Shown: piece after piece, positions 10,346 through 23,348 of the stretch
How positions within the stretch are numbered: the stretch's first letter is position 1
Layout: every line of letters begins with the position of its first letter
Assembly: GCA_951406725.2 (NCBI GenBank)
Contig: OX597830.1
Location: 63,922,001-63,986,000, forward strand
Length of the DNA stretch: 64,000 nucleotides
Direction: 5' to 3'
Source of the DNA: Octopus vulgaris
Lineage: Eukaryota
The notes under the pieces: generated by a model
Told to the model about the DNA's origin: nothing
Database searches by the model: none
The model's input: only the letters and a program-made list of their open reading frames with translations
Position numbers and translations under genes: made by a program

Positions 10346-13300
10346 CAGAAATGTTTTTCTTTTCCCTGGATGGTTTGACCAGAGCTGGGAAACAGCATCA
10401 GGTTCTAGTCTGATATGGCTTGGCATCTATGGCTGGATGCCCTTCCTAATGCCAACCATTTTACAGTGTGCACTGGATGCTTTTAATGCACCATACATAT
10501 AGCACAGGCTTACACACAGTTTCTGTTCCCAAATTCACTCACAAGGCACTAGTCGGCCCAGGGTTATAGTAGAAGATACTTACCTAAGATTCCATACGGT
10601 GGGACTGAACCCAAAACCATGTGCTTGCAAAGCAAGCTTCTTAAGCATGCAGTTATGTCATAGATAGATACATAGATAACTAGCAGCTAAGCCCGGTTTC
10701 ACCCAGTTGGTTTGGATGATGTGGCTGTAAAACCTGCTCTGTGTAAGCATTCAACTTGTTTGGGCACGCTTACATTAAAAAACAATTTTAGAATGATTTT
10801 TTTTCTGTCAAAACGCTAAAAAAATAACCAACAAAAAAACCAGCCAAGATTCAACCAAATCAAAAAATAAACCCAAATACTAAGCGAGCAAAGATGAACC
10901 AACCCACTTCCATTGCGCATGTGCGCGCACACACACATTCACATACGCGCACACACACATTCACATACCCCCCCCTTTTACATACACACACATATTCACA
11001 CAGAGTTGAATTATTTTTTCAGCGTACAATTTCCATCATCCCACTACCAAGTAGGACACCACCCCTTCCTGCCTTATTCACCTATCAACCCCTTCCTTTC
11101 TCATTCATAAACACAAGAGTATCATTATAGATTATCTCGGTAACCATGGGAGCTATATCAAATTTATATACCCTTTACTCATTTACTGGAACACTGACTT
11201 TAGTTGAGCAAATCGACCCCATGACTTATTCTTTGTAAGCCTAGTACTTATTCTATCGGTCTCTTTTGCCGAACCACTAAGTTACGGGGACGTAAACACA
11301 CCACCATCGGTTGTCAAGTGATGTTGTGGGGACAAACACAGACATGTAAACATACATAGATACTTATACAAGACGGGCCTCTTTCAGTTTCTGTCTACCA
11401 AATCCACTCACAAGGCTTTGGTCGGCCCAAGGCTATAGTAGAAGACACTTGCCCAAGGTGCCACGCAGTGAGACTGAACCTGGAACCATGTGGTTCGTAA
11501 GTAAGCTACTTACCACACAGCCACTCCTACACCTATGTTGTAAATGTATATATGTATAGCTTATGTTTAAAAGAAGTTTTAATTAAAAGTTCATAGCAAC
11601 TTTTGTTCACATGTTATTTATTCTCCACCAAAATATTGCAATGGTCAACTCTGAGAAACACCAGAGTTTGAGTAGACAAAGAATACTGACAGCTAAGTGT
11701 TTTGTCAACAGTATGATCCCCTCCGGTCATGAACGACCATGGGTTGCTAACCCTCAACTGTTTCCAAGTAAGGCAGAATTTCCCCCATGCCCGGAAATGA
11801 TTTCATGGAACATTGGAAATGAAGGACATCACTTACTTGATGGTGACACTCATTTACAATTATGAAACCCAGTTAAAGCAAAGAGACAGCACCACACACA
11901 CACATATATATATATTTCTTTACTACACACAAGGGGCTAAACACAAAGGGGACAAACAAGGACAGACAAAGGGATTAAGTCGATTATGTCGACCCCCACC
12001 CCAGTGCATAACTGGTACTTAATTTATCGACCCCAAAAGGATGAAAGGCAAAGTCGACCTCGGCGGAATTTGAACTCAGAACGTAGCAGCAGACGAAATA
12101 CTGCTAAGCATTTTGCTCGGCGTGCTAACGTTTCTGCCAATTCGCCGCCTTAAGCCCCACACATATATATATGCACCCAGTACATAGTGTAATGTGGTTG
12201 GCATTAGGAAGGGTATCCAACTGTAGAACCATGCTAACCAAACACTAGAACATGATGCAGTCCTTTGGTCCATCAGATCCTGTCAAACTGACCAATCCAT
12301 GCCAATGTGGATGATGATGATGAAGAGGAGTAGGGGGTGATGATGATGATATATGACAGACTTCCACACAGTTCCATCATCAACATCATCATTTAATGTC
12401 TGTTCTCCATGCTGCCATAAGTTGGATAATTTGACAAGAGCTAACAAGGCCTTGAGACACACTGGGTTCCACTGTCTGTTTACGCATGGTTGCTACAGCC
12501 GGATGCTCTTCCTACAGGGTAAAGAAGGTAAAGTTACCTTCTCGAGTCACACTGACTGATAAGGGCCAGTTTCCCTGTTTCCATGGCATATATATATTTC
12601 CCTCCTGGATGGGACTCCAGTCTGTCACAGGATTACTCATTTTTGCCAGTTGAGTGGACTGGGGCAATATGAAACGAAGTGTTTTGCTCAAGAGCACAAT
12701 GTGTCGCCCGATCAAGGAATCGAAACCACAATCTCACAATCATGAGTCCAGCACCCTAACCACTAAGCCACATGTCACTACTTTTACAGAATGTACTGGG
12801 TACTTTTTACATGGCACCAGCACCAGTGGTTTTTTTATGTGGCACCATCACCTGTAGCTTTTACATGTCCCACCAAATTCCCCCACAAGGCATTGGTTAG
12901 GCTGAGACTATAGTAGAGGATACTCGCACTAGCTCAAGGTGCCACACAGTAGGACTGAACTCAAAACTACATGGTTGCAAAATGAGCTTCTTAACCATTG
13001 TGCCTATAAAACATTTTCTTTCTTTTTTTTTTTTTTACCTTTCAAACACAGAGACAGCAAAACATGCTAAAGCACAAACTGATGCTACAGAAGTTAACAA
13101 GATAACCACAGAGCAAAAGGTAATGACCATCACCTCTTGAAACATTGTCTGGATATGTATTTGGCTTGAATTCGTGATTCTTGGGATTATCTTCCCTTCG
13201 CATATAGAGCTCATCTTAACTACCATTTGGTTATTATGATACATGTTCTGGACAGTCGAAGCAGATATGGAGCTTGTTTCCAGCCCTCAAGTCTTTGGCA

Positions 13301-15004
13301 TTCATCACAGAAACCAGGAATGGCTTCAATACACAGCTGGATCAGCTGCCAACAGTCATGCATGGACTACTTTGACCCATGACAGTGAACTCAGTAACAG
13401 CCAGCTTAAACCTTCCTGGGTGAATGTTGTTACAAGAAGAAGATGATTTGGAAGTGGAGATGATTTCAATAAACCAAGAATTTTTGTTGTGTGGTATTTG
13501 ATATACCTGTATTTGTCTGTGCAGTTCAAATGCATGCCACTGATCACCCTTGACCATAAATGTGTCCTACTCTTTTTTGCATATGTCTGGAAATAAGACT
13601 GCAAGTAATATCCGTTGAGCCAGAAACCTGTGACAACAAGGTAAAGACCCTCACTGGTCATGAATGACCATCGGATCACACCTAGAAAGTTCTCCTCTGA
13701 GGCACAAGTCTGGCATGGTTGTTTATGGAAGGCCCGCCCATGCATACCAGCCTCCCCTCTCTATGCCACCGATGTTACCCAAGGGAAAGGCAAAGGCTGG
13801 TATCGCTTGGTACCAGTAAATGTCGCAACTCCTTTCTACAGCTGAGTGAACTGGAACAACATGAAATAAAGTGTCTTGCTCAAGAACACAACACAGCCCG
13901 GTCCAGGATTCAGACTCACTACCTCATGACTGTGATCCCGACGCTCTAACCACTGAGCCATGCGCCTTCACAAACTGCCCTCTTTATCTCCAGACAATAA
14001 ACTCGTCCTTTTCCTTAATGGCATGGCAATTTTCTTGTCTTTTACTTGCTTCAGTCAGCAATTGCGACCATGCTGGAGCACCGCCTTTAAGAATTTTTAG
14101 TTCAATGAATTGATCCCTAATTTAGCGGTTAGGCATGCTATAACAGCATCATTAGGCTGTGGCTGGCATAATGGAAAAGGGGCTTTTTTTGCATTTTCAA
14201 AACATTTCCCGTAAACAACGGAAAGCGATGATCTTCTTCTTCTTCTTCAAATGTAAACAAAAGTACGTGCTCCAGTTTGACAGTAACGGTACTCATACCG
14301 TAATTTTGCCCAATATATATAGCTTTTACTTGTTTCAGTCATTGGACTACAGTCATGTTGGGAGAATCACCTTGACTGATTTAGGTGAACAAATCGACTC
14401 CAATACTTTATTTAAAAAAAAATCTGGTGCTAATTTCGAAACGTTATATTAGGGGGACGTAAACAAAACTAGTTATCAAGCGCAGATGTACACAGATAAA
14501 GATGTACATATATATATATATATATATATATGTAAAAGTAAGAAAATACAAACTGGGACAAGAACGTGAAACATTAGAAGACGACACAAAAAACACGGAC
14601 GGGACATACGAAGCCTTCAATCTTCAGTCAAGAACCGGATCATCTTCGCAATTTCGGCTGATATATATATATACTAACCTCAGTAGATTGTTGGGTGGTT
14701 AGTGACTAAACCTTCGATTTCCACACAGTTTTCTGGACAAAGAAGGTATAAGGGCCCAGTAGGATTACGACACAGATCATGTGTCGCATAGCCAGCTCCT
14801 GGGGCTAAGCAACGGTAGCATTCGTCCCAAAATGGGACTGCCACATTAGGTTGGCAAAAAATCCTTACTTTATACATATATACGTAAATATCGAACGATG
14901 AAAATATATGCTCAACACTGCATTGATGGATATATATCTAATGTATGTATGTATATGGCAATCAATATATTACTATATATATAAGTGTGTAGAATATTTC
15001 TTAC

Positions 15005-15181
15005 CGTTTTTTGTTTCTTCCGGGGATTCGTTGACCAAAGTGTAAAGAGAGAAATCGCCTTGTTAATTTTTCTCTCTTGTCGTGCTTTCTTTTTGGTAGA
15101 AAGGTTGTCTTCATCGATTGCGGAATATTTCCTTTTTAATTTCTTTAAATGATCGGATGAATTGTGAGAAGATGTAAACAT
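15005..15181 (-). CDS. Candidate first coding exon of an unknown small basic nuclear protein (exon 15005-15210)
   Basis: Acceptor tttattttatacttttcctgtctctcAG at 15211, start in CAAAATG context, 59 codons (MFTSS...LKRKYSAIDEDNLSTKKKAR...KKQKT), phase-0 donor ACG|GTAAGA; diverged paralog at 16246-16368. Confidence 0.5.
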
Positions 15182-16245
15182 TTTGAAGATGAAAATGACA
15201 CTCAGCGAAACTGAGAGACAGGAAAAGTATAAAATAAATAGAACTGAACTAATACAAAGTCTAGTAAGTCCTTTTTTCGATTTCTTCTTTGGAAGTTGAT
15301 TCCTTGTGGCTAATTATTCCATGATGGGACGAAAAAGATGAGAATTCCCCAACACATGGCTTTGAGACAACATGTGAGGTGTTACTTCAAGGGAGATAAC
15401 TCTCAACGAAGCGCTACATTTCCTTCTCACTAGAGAGCTTCCTACATGATGTCCTGATCTATACGTGGAGGCGCAATGGCCCAGTGGTTAGGGCAGCGGA
15501 GTCGCGGTCATAAGATCGCGGTTTCGATTCCCAGACCGGGCGTTGTGAGTATTTATTGAGCAAAAACACCTAAAGGCTCCACGAGTTTCTGGCAGGGGAT
15601 GGTGGTGATCCCTGCTGTACTCTTTCACCACAACTTTCTCTCACTCTTACTCCCTGTTTCTGTTGTACCTGTATTTCAAAGGGCCGGCCTTGTCACTCTC
15701 TGTGTCACGCTGAATATCCCCGAGAACTACGTTAAGGGTACGCGTGTCTGTGGAGTGCTCAGCCGCTTACACGTTAATTTCACGAGCAGGCTGTTCCGTT
15801 GATTCGGATCAACCGGAACCCTCATCGTCGTAACCGACGGAGTGCTTCCACCTGATCTATACTAACAGAAGGCGGCGAGCTGGCAGAACCGTTAGCACGC
15901 CGGGCGAAATGCGTAGACGTATTTCGTCTGCCGTTACGTTCTGAGTTCAAATTCCGCCGAGGTCGACTTTGCCTTTCATCATTTCGGGGTCGATAAATCA
16001 AGTACCAGTTACGCACTGGGGTCGATGTAATCGACTTAATCCGTTTGTCTGTTCTTGTCTGTCCCCTCTATGTTTAGCCCCTTGTGGGTAATAAAGAAAC
16101 ATATATACTAACTGCTAAATCTCTCTCAAATTGCTCCCTTATTGTCTTAAAACAGAGCGCAATGAGTAGTGTTGTCCAAGGTACACTACTCAGTATGTTC
16201 TTAAACAAGACTGAGCACTTCTCAACCAAAAAGAGAAATTTCCTT

Positions 16246-16368
16246 TTAAAATTCTTTCTCCCTTTTCCGTGCTCTCTTTCTGGTAGAAAGTGTGTTTACA
16301 TCGATAACAGAATATTTCCTTTTTAAATCTTTTAAATATTCGGTCGAAGCAGATGAAGATGTTAACAT
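16246..16368 (-). pseudogene. Diverged paralog of the 15005-15181 exon (40-aa ORF, frameshifted end)
   Basis: Translates MLTSSSASTEYLKDLKRKYSVIDVNTLSTRKRARKREKEF*; 21 of the first 34 aa identical to the 15181 ORF; AAAATG start. Confidence 0.5.
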
Positions 16369-17291
16369 TTTAACGATGCATTTAATCATAAAGGTGACTT
16401 GATTACTGAACAACATAACTCGACGGACTTAACTACTGACTTGTATTTCTCCACATCACCCTTAAATTCCTTCCTTATCGTCTCGAAATAGGGTCCACAG
16501 AGTAGTGTTCTTCCAAGGCATACTACTTAATGTCTTCTGAAACAAAATCGGAATGATAATGACTAAAATATATCTAATTATAGAATCAACTTAAAACTAA
16601 ACAACAACACTCGTCAAACACAACAGCAGATTGGTGTCCCGCCGCCGAATTTGTTTCTTTTATGTTTTACTAGTTTCAGTCATTAAATTGCGGCCATGCT
16701 GGGGCACCGGCTTGAGGAATTTTTGGTCGAACCAATCAACTCCAGTGCTTATTCTCTTTAAGCCTGGTACTTATTCTATCATTTGCCTTTGCCGAGCCAC
16801 TAAGTTAGGGTCACGTAAACACCGGTTGTCAAGTGGCAGTGGGGGATAAACACAAAGACATATACTCATATATATAATTGATGCAATAGACGTCTGCAGT
16901 AAAGGAACTTCTACACATCTAACTGAAGTAGACAACCAATTTTTTACATGGGATGCATCAATGACAAAAGTTCCATGGGATAGTGGTCACTATAGAAAGA
17001 CGAATCTTCTCTTTATGCCAATGGTGTGTGTGTGTATTGCTGCACGTTTGTCAAACTAATCCCTTTTAAACCTGAGAGTTGAAATGTTGAATTGACTATA
17101 AACGTTTTTTACATGGTTTCTCTGGGCAAAAACTTCTCGAATACTTGATAAATGACCGGTGCTTTAACAGTGATTTATTTTGAGGTTACATTGTATAGCA
17201 GGATATTTCCATAGCTTTTCAAACACTTTATTTACAGATAAATATAAACACTTTACCTGTAGATATAGTTACCTTTGAGCACTTTCTAGCT

Positions 17292-17480
17292 CAGTGGTTT
17301 TCAACCAGGGTTCTGCCAGTACAGTCCAGGGGTTTTGCAAAAAGTTACAAAAATGCTAAAATCGACAGTAATTTTTAATTCTCCTGTGCATAAGACAATT
17401 AAATTATTGCACAGGGGTTCCTCAAGCCAGTGAAATGTTTCCTTGGGGTTCCGCTCCAGCAAAAAGGTTGAAAAGCACTG
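17292..17480. mobile_element. hAT-type MITE
   Basis: TIRs cagtggttttcaacc / ggttgaaaagcactg; 8-bp TSD ttctagct / ctctagct. Confidence 0.85.
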
Positions 17481-18439
17481 CTCTAGCTAATCCATTTTTT
17501 ATCTGTTGAATAAGAGATTGTATATGCAAGCTGTTTACATTTGTTAATACCTGCAGTGTTGGTTAAACATTTGTAGATATATTTTGTAGTACAGCACAGC
17601 AATTAGGAATAAGTCTGTGTTTTACGATTAATCCATGCTCTACCTGTTTCAGAAACCATCCAACTCAGTGGATTGTTGGGTGGTTAGTGACTAAACCTTC
17701 GATTTCCACACAGTTTTCTGGACAAAGAAGGTATAAGGGCCCAGTAGGATTAAATAAAACCTGTCAATGTTTGGAGCTCCTGAGAGAAAAGCCAAATTCT
17801 AAGCATATCTGGAGAGAGACATCACCAGATTATGCATTTAATAAAAACATTATAACATGAAGTGAGTAGGTTGTCTGTCTTGCAGTGTAAGTGTTGACAC
17901 AGTTCAGCTTATTGTAATAATCGTGAAAACTCAATTCTCTTGTTACTATCCTGAATATCATGGTGTTGTATGTACAATTATTTTATACTATGGTCGACCA
18001 CACTATTTCAGGTTGCACCATTTGGTTCTTATTGTAAGTATGGGAACCAATATGCATGTACTTTAATTTGCAGTAATGTTTCATTCTTCCTGCCTAGAAA
18101 ACTAAGCCTCTTGCAATATTATATGATTTTAAAGGACTTCTCCCACACAAAGTTTTGGTACACAACTAAGTCTCCTTGGTTCCTTTGGGTTTGCTGTTTC
18201 ATCACCCTCCACCCTATGACTTGTTCTATCATATTTATTGGCTTGTCCTGCTGGTATTGGGTGTCTTTTATTTTGTTCCAAAATATATGTAGACATGAGG
18301 TGCCAAATCTCTTACAGATTTAGCAGACTCCTGTCCTTCTGCATGTATGATAGTTGCATAAGTTGGTTTAAAATTAGTTCCTTCTTGTGGTTTCTCCAGA
18401 AATTTCAGTTTCATTGGTCTTGGTGAAGCAGACTAGTTG

Positions 18440-19060
18440 TCAAATAGATTGGCAATCCCTTGTGAGTCAAAGACATGCTGAAGATGTCACTAACTTCACC
18501 TTCTGTGCCAGCATTATTGCTACAGAGCAGGGTTCTGAGGCAGAAGTCAACCTGAAAACCAGGCAAGCTGTGGCAGAATTTGGAGAAATGAACTAGATCT
18601 GGGATATCACTTCAAAAAAACAACTAAATGAAGATCCTAATGTGTCAAAGCAGTGTCTTGCCAATAGTCGTCTGTGCATGAGAAACTTGGAAAATGACTG
18701 TCAAGCTCATTCAGCAGTTGGATGCATTCCATCAACAGTGTCTATGCAGAATACTCAAGAGCACCTTTAGGAACAGAATCTCAAACTTTGAAGTCCCAAC
18801 AAGAGTCAATCTGTGCAGCCTGCAGGATATTGTGGTGGGAAGAAGAATGAGGTCGTTTTTCAACTGCCCAGAAGAACAAATATTCTGGACAGCTATACAA
18901 TGAGTATCACCAGAAAGTTGAAGAAAGAGGAGACCTGAGAAGACCACCTTCAAAGGTCTGAATCAACTCAAAATCGCTTGAAAAGATGTAGGCAACTATA
19001 CTCAAAACTGGAGTTATTGGGGATGTCAAGCTGCCCAAAGTATGAAAGGAATTATATCTA
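18440..19060 (+). mobile_element. Decayed RTE LINE 3' fragment
   Basis: ETWKMTVKLIQQLDAFHQQCLCRILK...RISNFEV...RRPEKT with internal stops. Confidence 0.75.
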
Positions 19061-21423
19061 AGACTGGCCTAGGAGTCTTTAGCCAGCGGGGCATTGAAAT
19101 TCTAAGGCAGGATCTTGAAGTTAGTTGTGTCTTTTGTCACCAAGATATAAAGACAATTAGAGTTTATGACTGAATTTGGGATTTCCTTTCCCTATCATGT
19201 ATAATATCTAATCCCAAACTATACCCTTTGAGATACATAACTGTTCAGGCAGGAGTTAAATACTACAAGATATAGTGGTTTTGAAGCCAAATCTCTGGAC
19301 ACCCAGACATCATGACCAAACCACAATATTTCACAGCTATTTGGTTTATTCAGCCTCAAGCCATTGCAGAATTCAATCTTCTAGAATCTTCTTGTGCCCT
19401 ACAAAAAAGGCCACTTTTGGTGGAAATTAATTGAAGAATGAGGTGGTGAATTTGATTACTGGAATAGGTTGTGTGTTGTGTTCTTGATCAAGACACTTTA
19501 TTTCCCGTTGCTCCAGTTCAGTTAGCTGTAGCAAGGAGTTGTGATGTCACTGGTACCAAGCTGTATTGGCCTTTACCTTTCCCTTGGATAACATCGGTGG
19601 CATGGAGAATAGAGGCTGGTATGCATGGGCAACTGCTGGTCTTGTGCCTCAGGGGTTTAACCGTGTAGGTGCAATCCCATGGTCATTCATAACCAATGGA
19701 GATCTTTTTCTAATATATGCTTATTATTTTGTTGTTTGTCTCAAAGGAACTGGGATTTTTTGGTTTGTTTTAAGTTGGGTAATTTTATTTGTTTTTATTT
19801 GAATAATAATTTTAACTTCATCAACTGATTATTTTCAAGTGCATACCTTAACATGATATCAATTAGTTTGAGGTTAAAATCTAGTTTACCACTGTATAAA
19901 ATAGTGTATAGACACAGGCATTGCTGACCAAAACTTTGCGAGTGGATTTGGAAGGCGGAAACTGAAAGAAGCCCATCATATATATATATATTGGCCTGCT
20001 CGCTTAGCCAGCGGGATGGCGTCATTTGAAGGCTAAAACAATGTGAAGCGCATTGTGACCAGCGATGTGTAGCAACATCTGATAGCCTGATTGGTCATGG
20101 TGATCATGGTGATATATATATATATTTGTTTGTGTGTGTCTTTGCCTACCCCAACTCTCTTGACAACCAATGTTGGTATGTTTATGCCCCTGTAACTTAG
20201 AGGTTCAGCAAAAGGGACCAATAGAATAAGTATCGAGTTTACAAAGAATAAGTCTTGGGGGTCGATTTGTTCGACTAAAAGGCAGTGCTCCAGCATGGTC
20301 GCGGTCAAATGACTGAAACAAGTAAAAGATTAAAAGAAAAATACAATACAGTGTTTATTATAGAGTTGTAGAATTGCTTAGTTCTGGGGTTCGGAGTATT
20401 TGGTCTGGTAATGTGAGCTGGCAGAAACGTTAGCATGCCGGGTGAAATGCCTAGAGGGTATTTCGTCTGGCCGTTATGTTCTGAGTTCAAACTCCACCGA
20501 GGTCGACTTTGCCTTTTATCCCTTCGGGGTCGATAAATTAAGTACCAGTTACGCACTGGGGTCGATGTAATCGAGTCAATTCCTTTGCCTGTCCTTGTTT
20601 GTCCCTTCTATGTTTAGCCCCTTGTGTGCAATAAAGAAATAAGAATCGTTAGCACGCCAGGCAAAATGCTTGCGGTATTTCGTCTGTCTTTATGTTCTGA
20701 GTTCAAACTCCACCGAGATCCTTTGCTTTTCATCCTTTCGGCGTCGATTAAATAAGTACCAGTTACACACTGGGGTTGATGTAATCGACTTAAACCCTTT
20801 GTCTTTCCTTGTCTGTCCCCTCTATGCTTAGCAATAAAGAAACAAATGTGCTGCTCCCAAATAAACCTAACCAACGTTACAATCGAAAATATTCAAGTTA
20901 TCGGATATCTTAGAATTATATTGGAGTAAGCTATTCATAAAGTCGGAAATATTTTTAATTAAAAAAACAAAATGCATGAACATAATCGAAAGCTACACAT
21001 TTATAAATGCATCTCTGCAAAATTTCAGTAAGAAATATGCAGCGAAACAGAATGTTATGAAGGTGGAAAATCGGTTCGGGGCACCAAACTGTAGTTACGC
21101 CACATTTTAAAGCCAAAAAAAAAAAAAAGCAATAGTTTCAAATTTTGGCACAAGGCCAGCAATTTCGGGGTGGATGGGTGGGAAGGTCGATTATATCAAC
21201 CCCTAACTTCTCAACTGATACTTATATTATCGACCCCAGTTCATTCCTATTGCTGTGTGTGTGTGTGTGATTTGTTCGTGAACACGGACAGAACATTCCT
21301 GAAGACCGGTGTTGATAGAATGAAGTTCTCCGAGTAAAAGATGTTCCCTTGCAGAAATGCATTGAACCAGGAAATAGACAGACCGTCGGAAAACTGGAAC
21401 CAAAGAAGATACTATTAAAAAAT

Positions 21424-21716
21424 GGCACTACTTGAGAACAGTGGTCCCGGTGCGCGCACTCGCGTAGTCGCGCATCCGCTCTTGCTAGTCGTGACTAGTC
21501 GATCCTACGACTGCTAGCAAAGTAAATAAAACACAAAATAAATAATTTTTTTACACAAAATAAATAAAACACAAAAAAACAAAGTAATTAATTTTTTAAA
21601 CAAAGTAAATAAAATACAAAAAAAAACAAAGTAAGGATCGACTAGTCATGACTAGCTGGCGCGGGTGCGCGAGTACGCGAGTGCGCGCACCGGGACCACT
21701 GTTCTCAAGTCGTACC
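21424..21716. mobile_element. Mutator-like MITE with ~83-bp GC-rich TIRs
   Basis: 21424-21506 is the near-perfect reverse complement of 21634-21716; GG...CC ends; 9-bp TSD ttaaaaaat / ttaaaaagt; A-rich internal repeats. Confidence 0.8.
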
Positions 21717-21869
21717 TTAAAAAGTTACATGAAATATATAATTAAAACTTAGAAATGAATATTCTTAAAATTCCGGGAGAGTGTCTATGTAAGGGAAATA
21801 ACCGGAGTGGCGCCCGGTGAAAGCGAGATAAGTCCTGGAAACTGACGGAGGGAAAAATTATCTCCAAAC

Positions 21870-23348
21870 ATGAACCGAAATGATGGAAGCGAACTGGTTA
21901 TTGGTGATCGTATCGAATGTGATGATTATTTTGGGACGATAAAATATATAGGAGAAGTTGACGCGATGGAAGGTGTTTGGTTTGGCATTGATTGGGACGA
22001 AATTCATCGGGGAAAACATGACGGAAGCTATAAAGGTAGGCGTTACTTTCAAGCAGGACATCCTAAATCTGGTTCGTTTATTAAACCAATAAAGGCTAAA
22101 TTGGGACAATCTTTCCCTGACGCTTACGTCTGTAAAGTTAAAGATGTTATTGATGTGCCTTCAAGAATTCTGATTCTCAATAATCATGCAATTTATGGTC
22201 TTGGTTCCCAGCAAGTGACCAGTCAGTTTTCGGCGATTGCCTCAAAAATAACAGAATTAGATCTTTCTGGTAATTTGTTGAAGAATTGGACTCAAGTTGC
22301 TGAAATTACTAACTTAATTCCTAATCTGTTGAAGTTAAATGTAAGTAATAACCGTTTAATAATTCCTGAACACGCGGAAAACTTGTCAAAATCTTTTGCC
22401 AAAGTAGAAGATCTGGTTTTAAACCGAATGAACTACGACTGGGTCGACATTTTATCTGCTACGTCGATGTTTCCGTCCCTTCGAGGTTTGTACGTGTGTT
22501 TTAATAATTTGGAAAAATTGGCTGATTCCACGGGGAAATTGACAAACCTGAAATTTCTCTCATTAATAGACAATCGCTTAAGTGACTGGAACGAACTTTT
22601 AAAACTTGGTCAACTTCCTCAATTGAGCACACTTTATGTAAATAACAATCAACTGACAGCCGTCTCCTTCAATGACGTACCTTTGGAAGACGGCGAGAAA
22701 ACCACATATTTTCCTTCTCTGAAGTGTTTAGATTTAAGCAGCAACCTCATCGATAACCTGTCATCAATCGATGAGCTTAGTAAATTAGCCAACCTTGCCG
22801 AGTTTTCTTTCCTTCATAATCCAGCAGCAGATATAGATGAGGACAAACTATTTAATTTGATAATTGCCAAAATTGGCAGTTTAAAAAAATATTCAAAAGC
22901 CGAATTCCTTGTCGAAGAACGGAAAAGTGCTGAAATATTTTATCTTCGCATGGTTGAGAAACAGGCATTAGAGAAAAATATCAGTGAAGAAGACACAGCT
23001 AAAACATGTTCAAGATACAAAGAACTGGTAAAGTTATATGGACATGCAAGTCCTGAATCATTAATAACCAAGACAACTGTTCTACGAGATAAATTAATTG
23101 CTGTTGACATTGAAACTGTTAATATTCCTGATAAAGTGTTCAAGAACAAGAAATTATCTCCAACCATGACCATTCTAAAACTGAAGTTACTTGTACAAAA
23201 ACTCTTTAAAATTCAAGAAATAACTAACCTAGAATTATCTTATATCAGTAAAAACAATTCTCAATTGGAAGTTCACTTAGAGAATGATTTGCATGAACTG
23301 TCGTTTTACAGTATAGAAAATGGTGATAATCTCGTTGCAAAATGGTAA
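21870..23348 (+). CDS. TBCE: Tubulin-specific chaperone E homolog, intronless CDS (492 aa: CAP-Gly, LRRs, LRR cap, ubiquitin-like domain)
   Basis: CAP-Gly GTIKYIGEV...GVWFGIDWD...RGKHDGSYKGRRYF...SGSF; LRRs (ITELDLSGNLL, LKCLDLSSNLI); ERxxAE cap; C-terminal UBL KKLSPTMTILKLK...LENDLHELSFYSIENGD..VAKW. Confidence 0.93.
   Translation: MNRNDGSELVIGDRIECDDYFGTIKYIGEVDAMEGVWFGIDWDEIHRGKHDGSYKGRRYFQAGHPKSGSFIKPIKAKLGQSFPDAYVCKVKDVIDVPSRILILNNHAIYGLGSQQVTSQFSAIASKITELDLSGNLLKNWTQVAEITNLIPNLLKLNVSNNRLIIPEHAENLSKSFAKVEDLVLNRMNYDWVDILSATSMFPSLRGLYVCFNNLEKLADSTGKLTNLKFLSLIDNRLSDWNELLKLGQLPQLSTLYVNNNQLTAVSFNDVPLEDGEKTTYFPSLKCLDLSSNLIDNLSSIDELSKLANLAEFSFLHNPAADIDEDKLFNLIIAKIGSLKKYSKAEFLVEERKSAEIFYLRMVEKQALEKNISEEDTAKTCSRYKELVKLYGHASPESLITKTTVLRDKLIAVDIETVNIPDKVFKNKKLSPTMTILKLKLLVQKLFKIQEITNLELSYISKNNSQLEVHLENDLHELSFYSIENGDNLVAKW

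Noticed and set aside
13038-13627. Unique sequence with minus-strand splice-like borders as a coding exon
   Set aside because: Stops in all three frames and no recognisable protein; kept only as a possible UTR or non-coding exon
17644-17760. In-frame TGA in a 117-nt exon-like segment as possible selenocysteine
   Set aside because: No selenoprotein similarity and no SECIS identified
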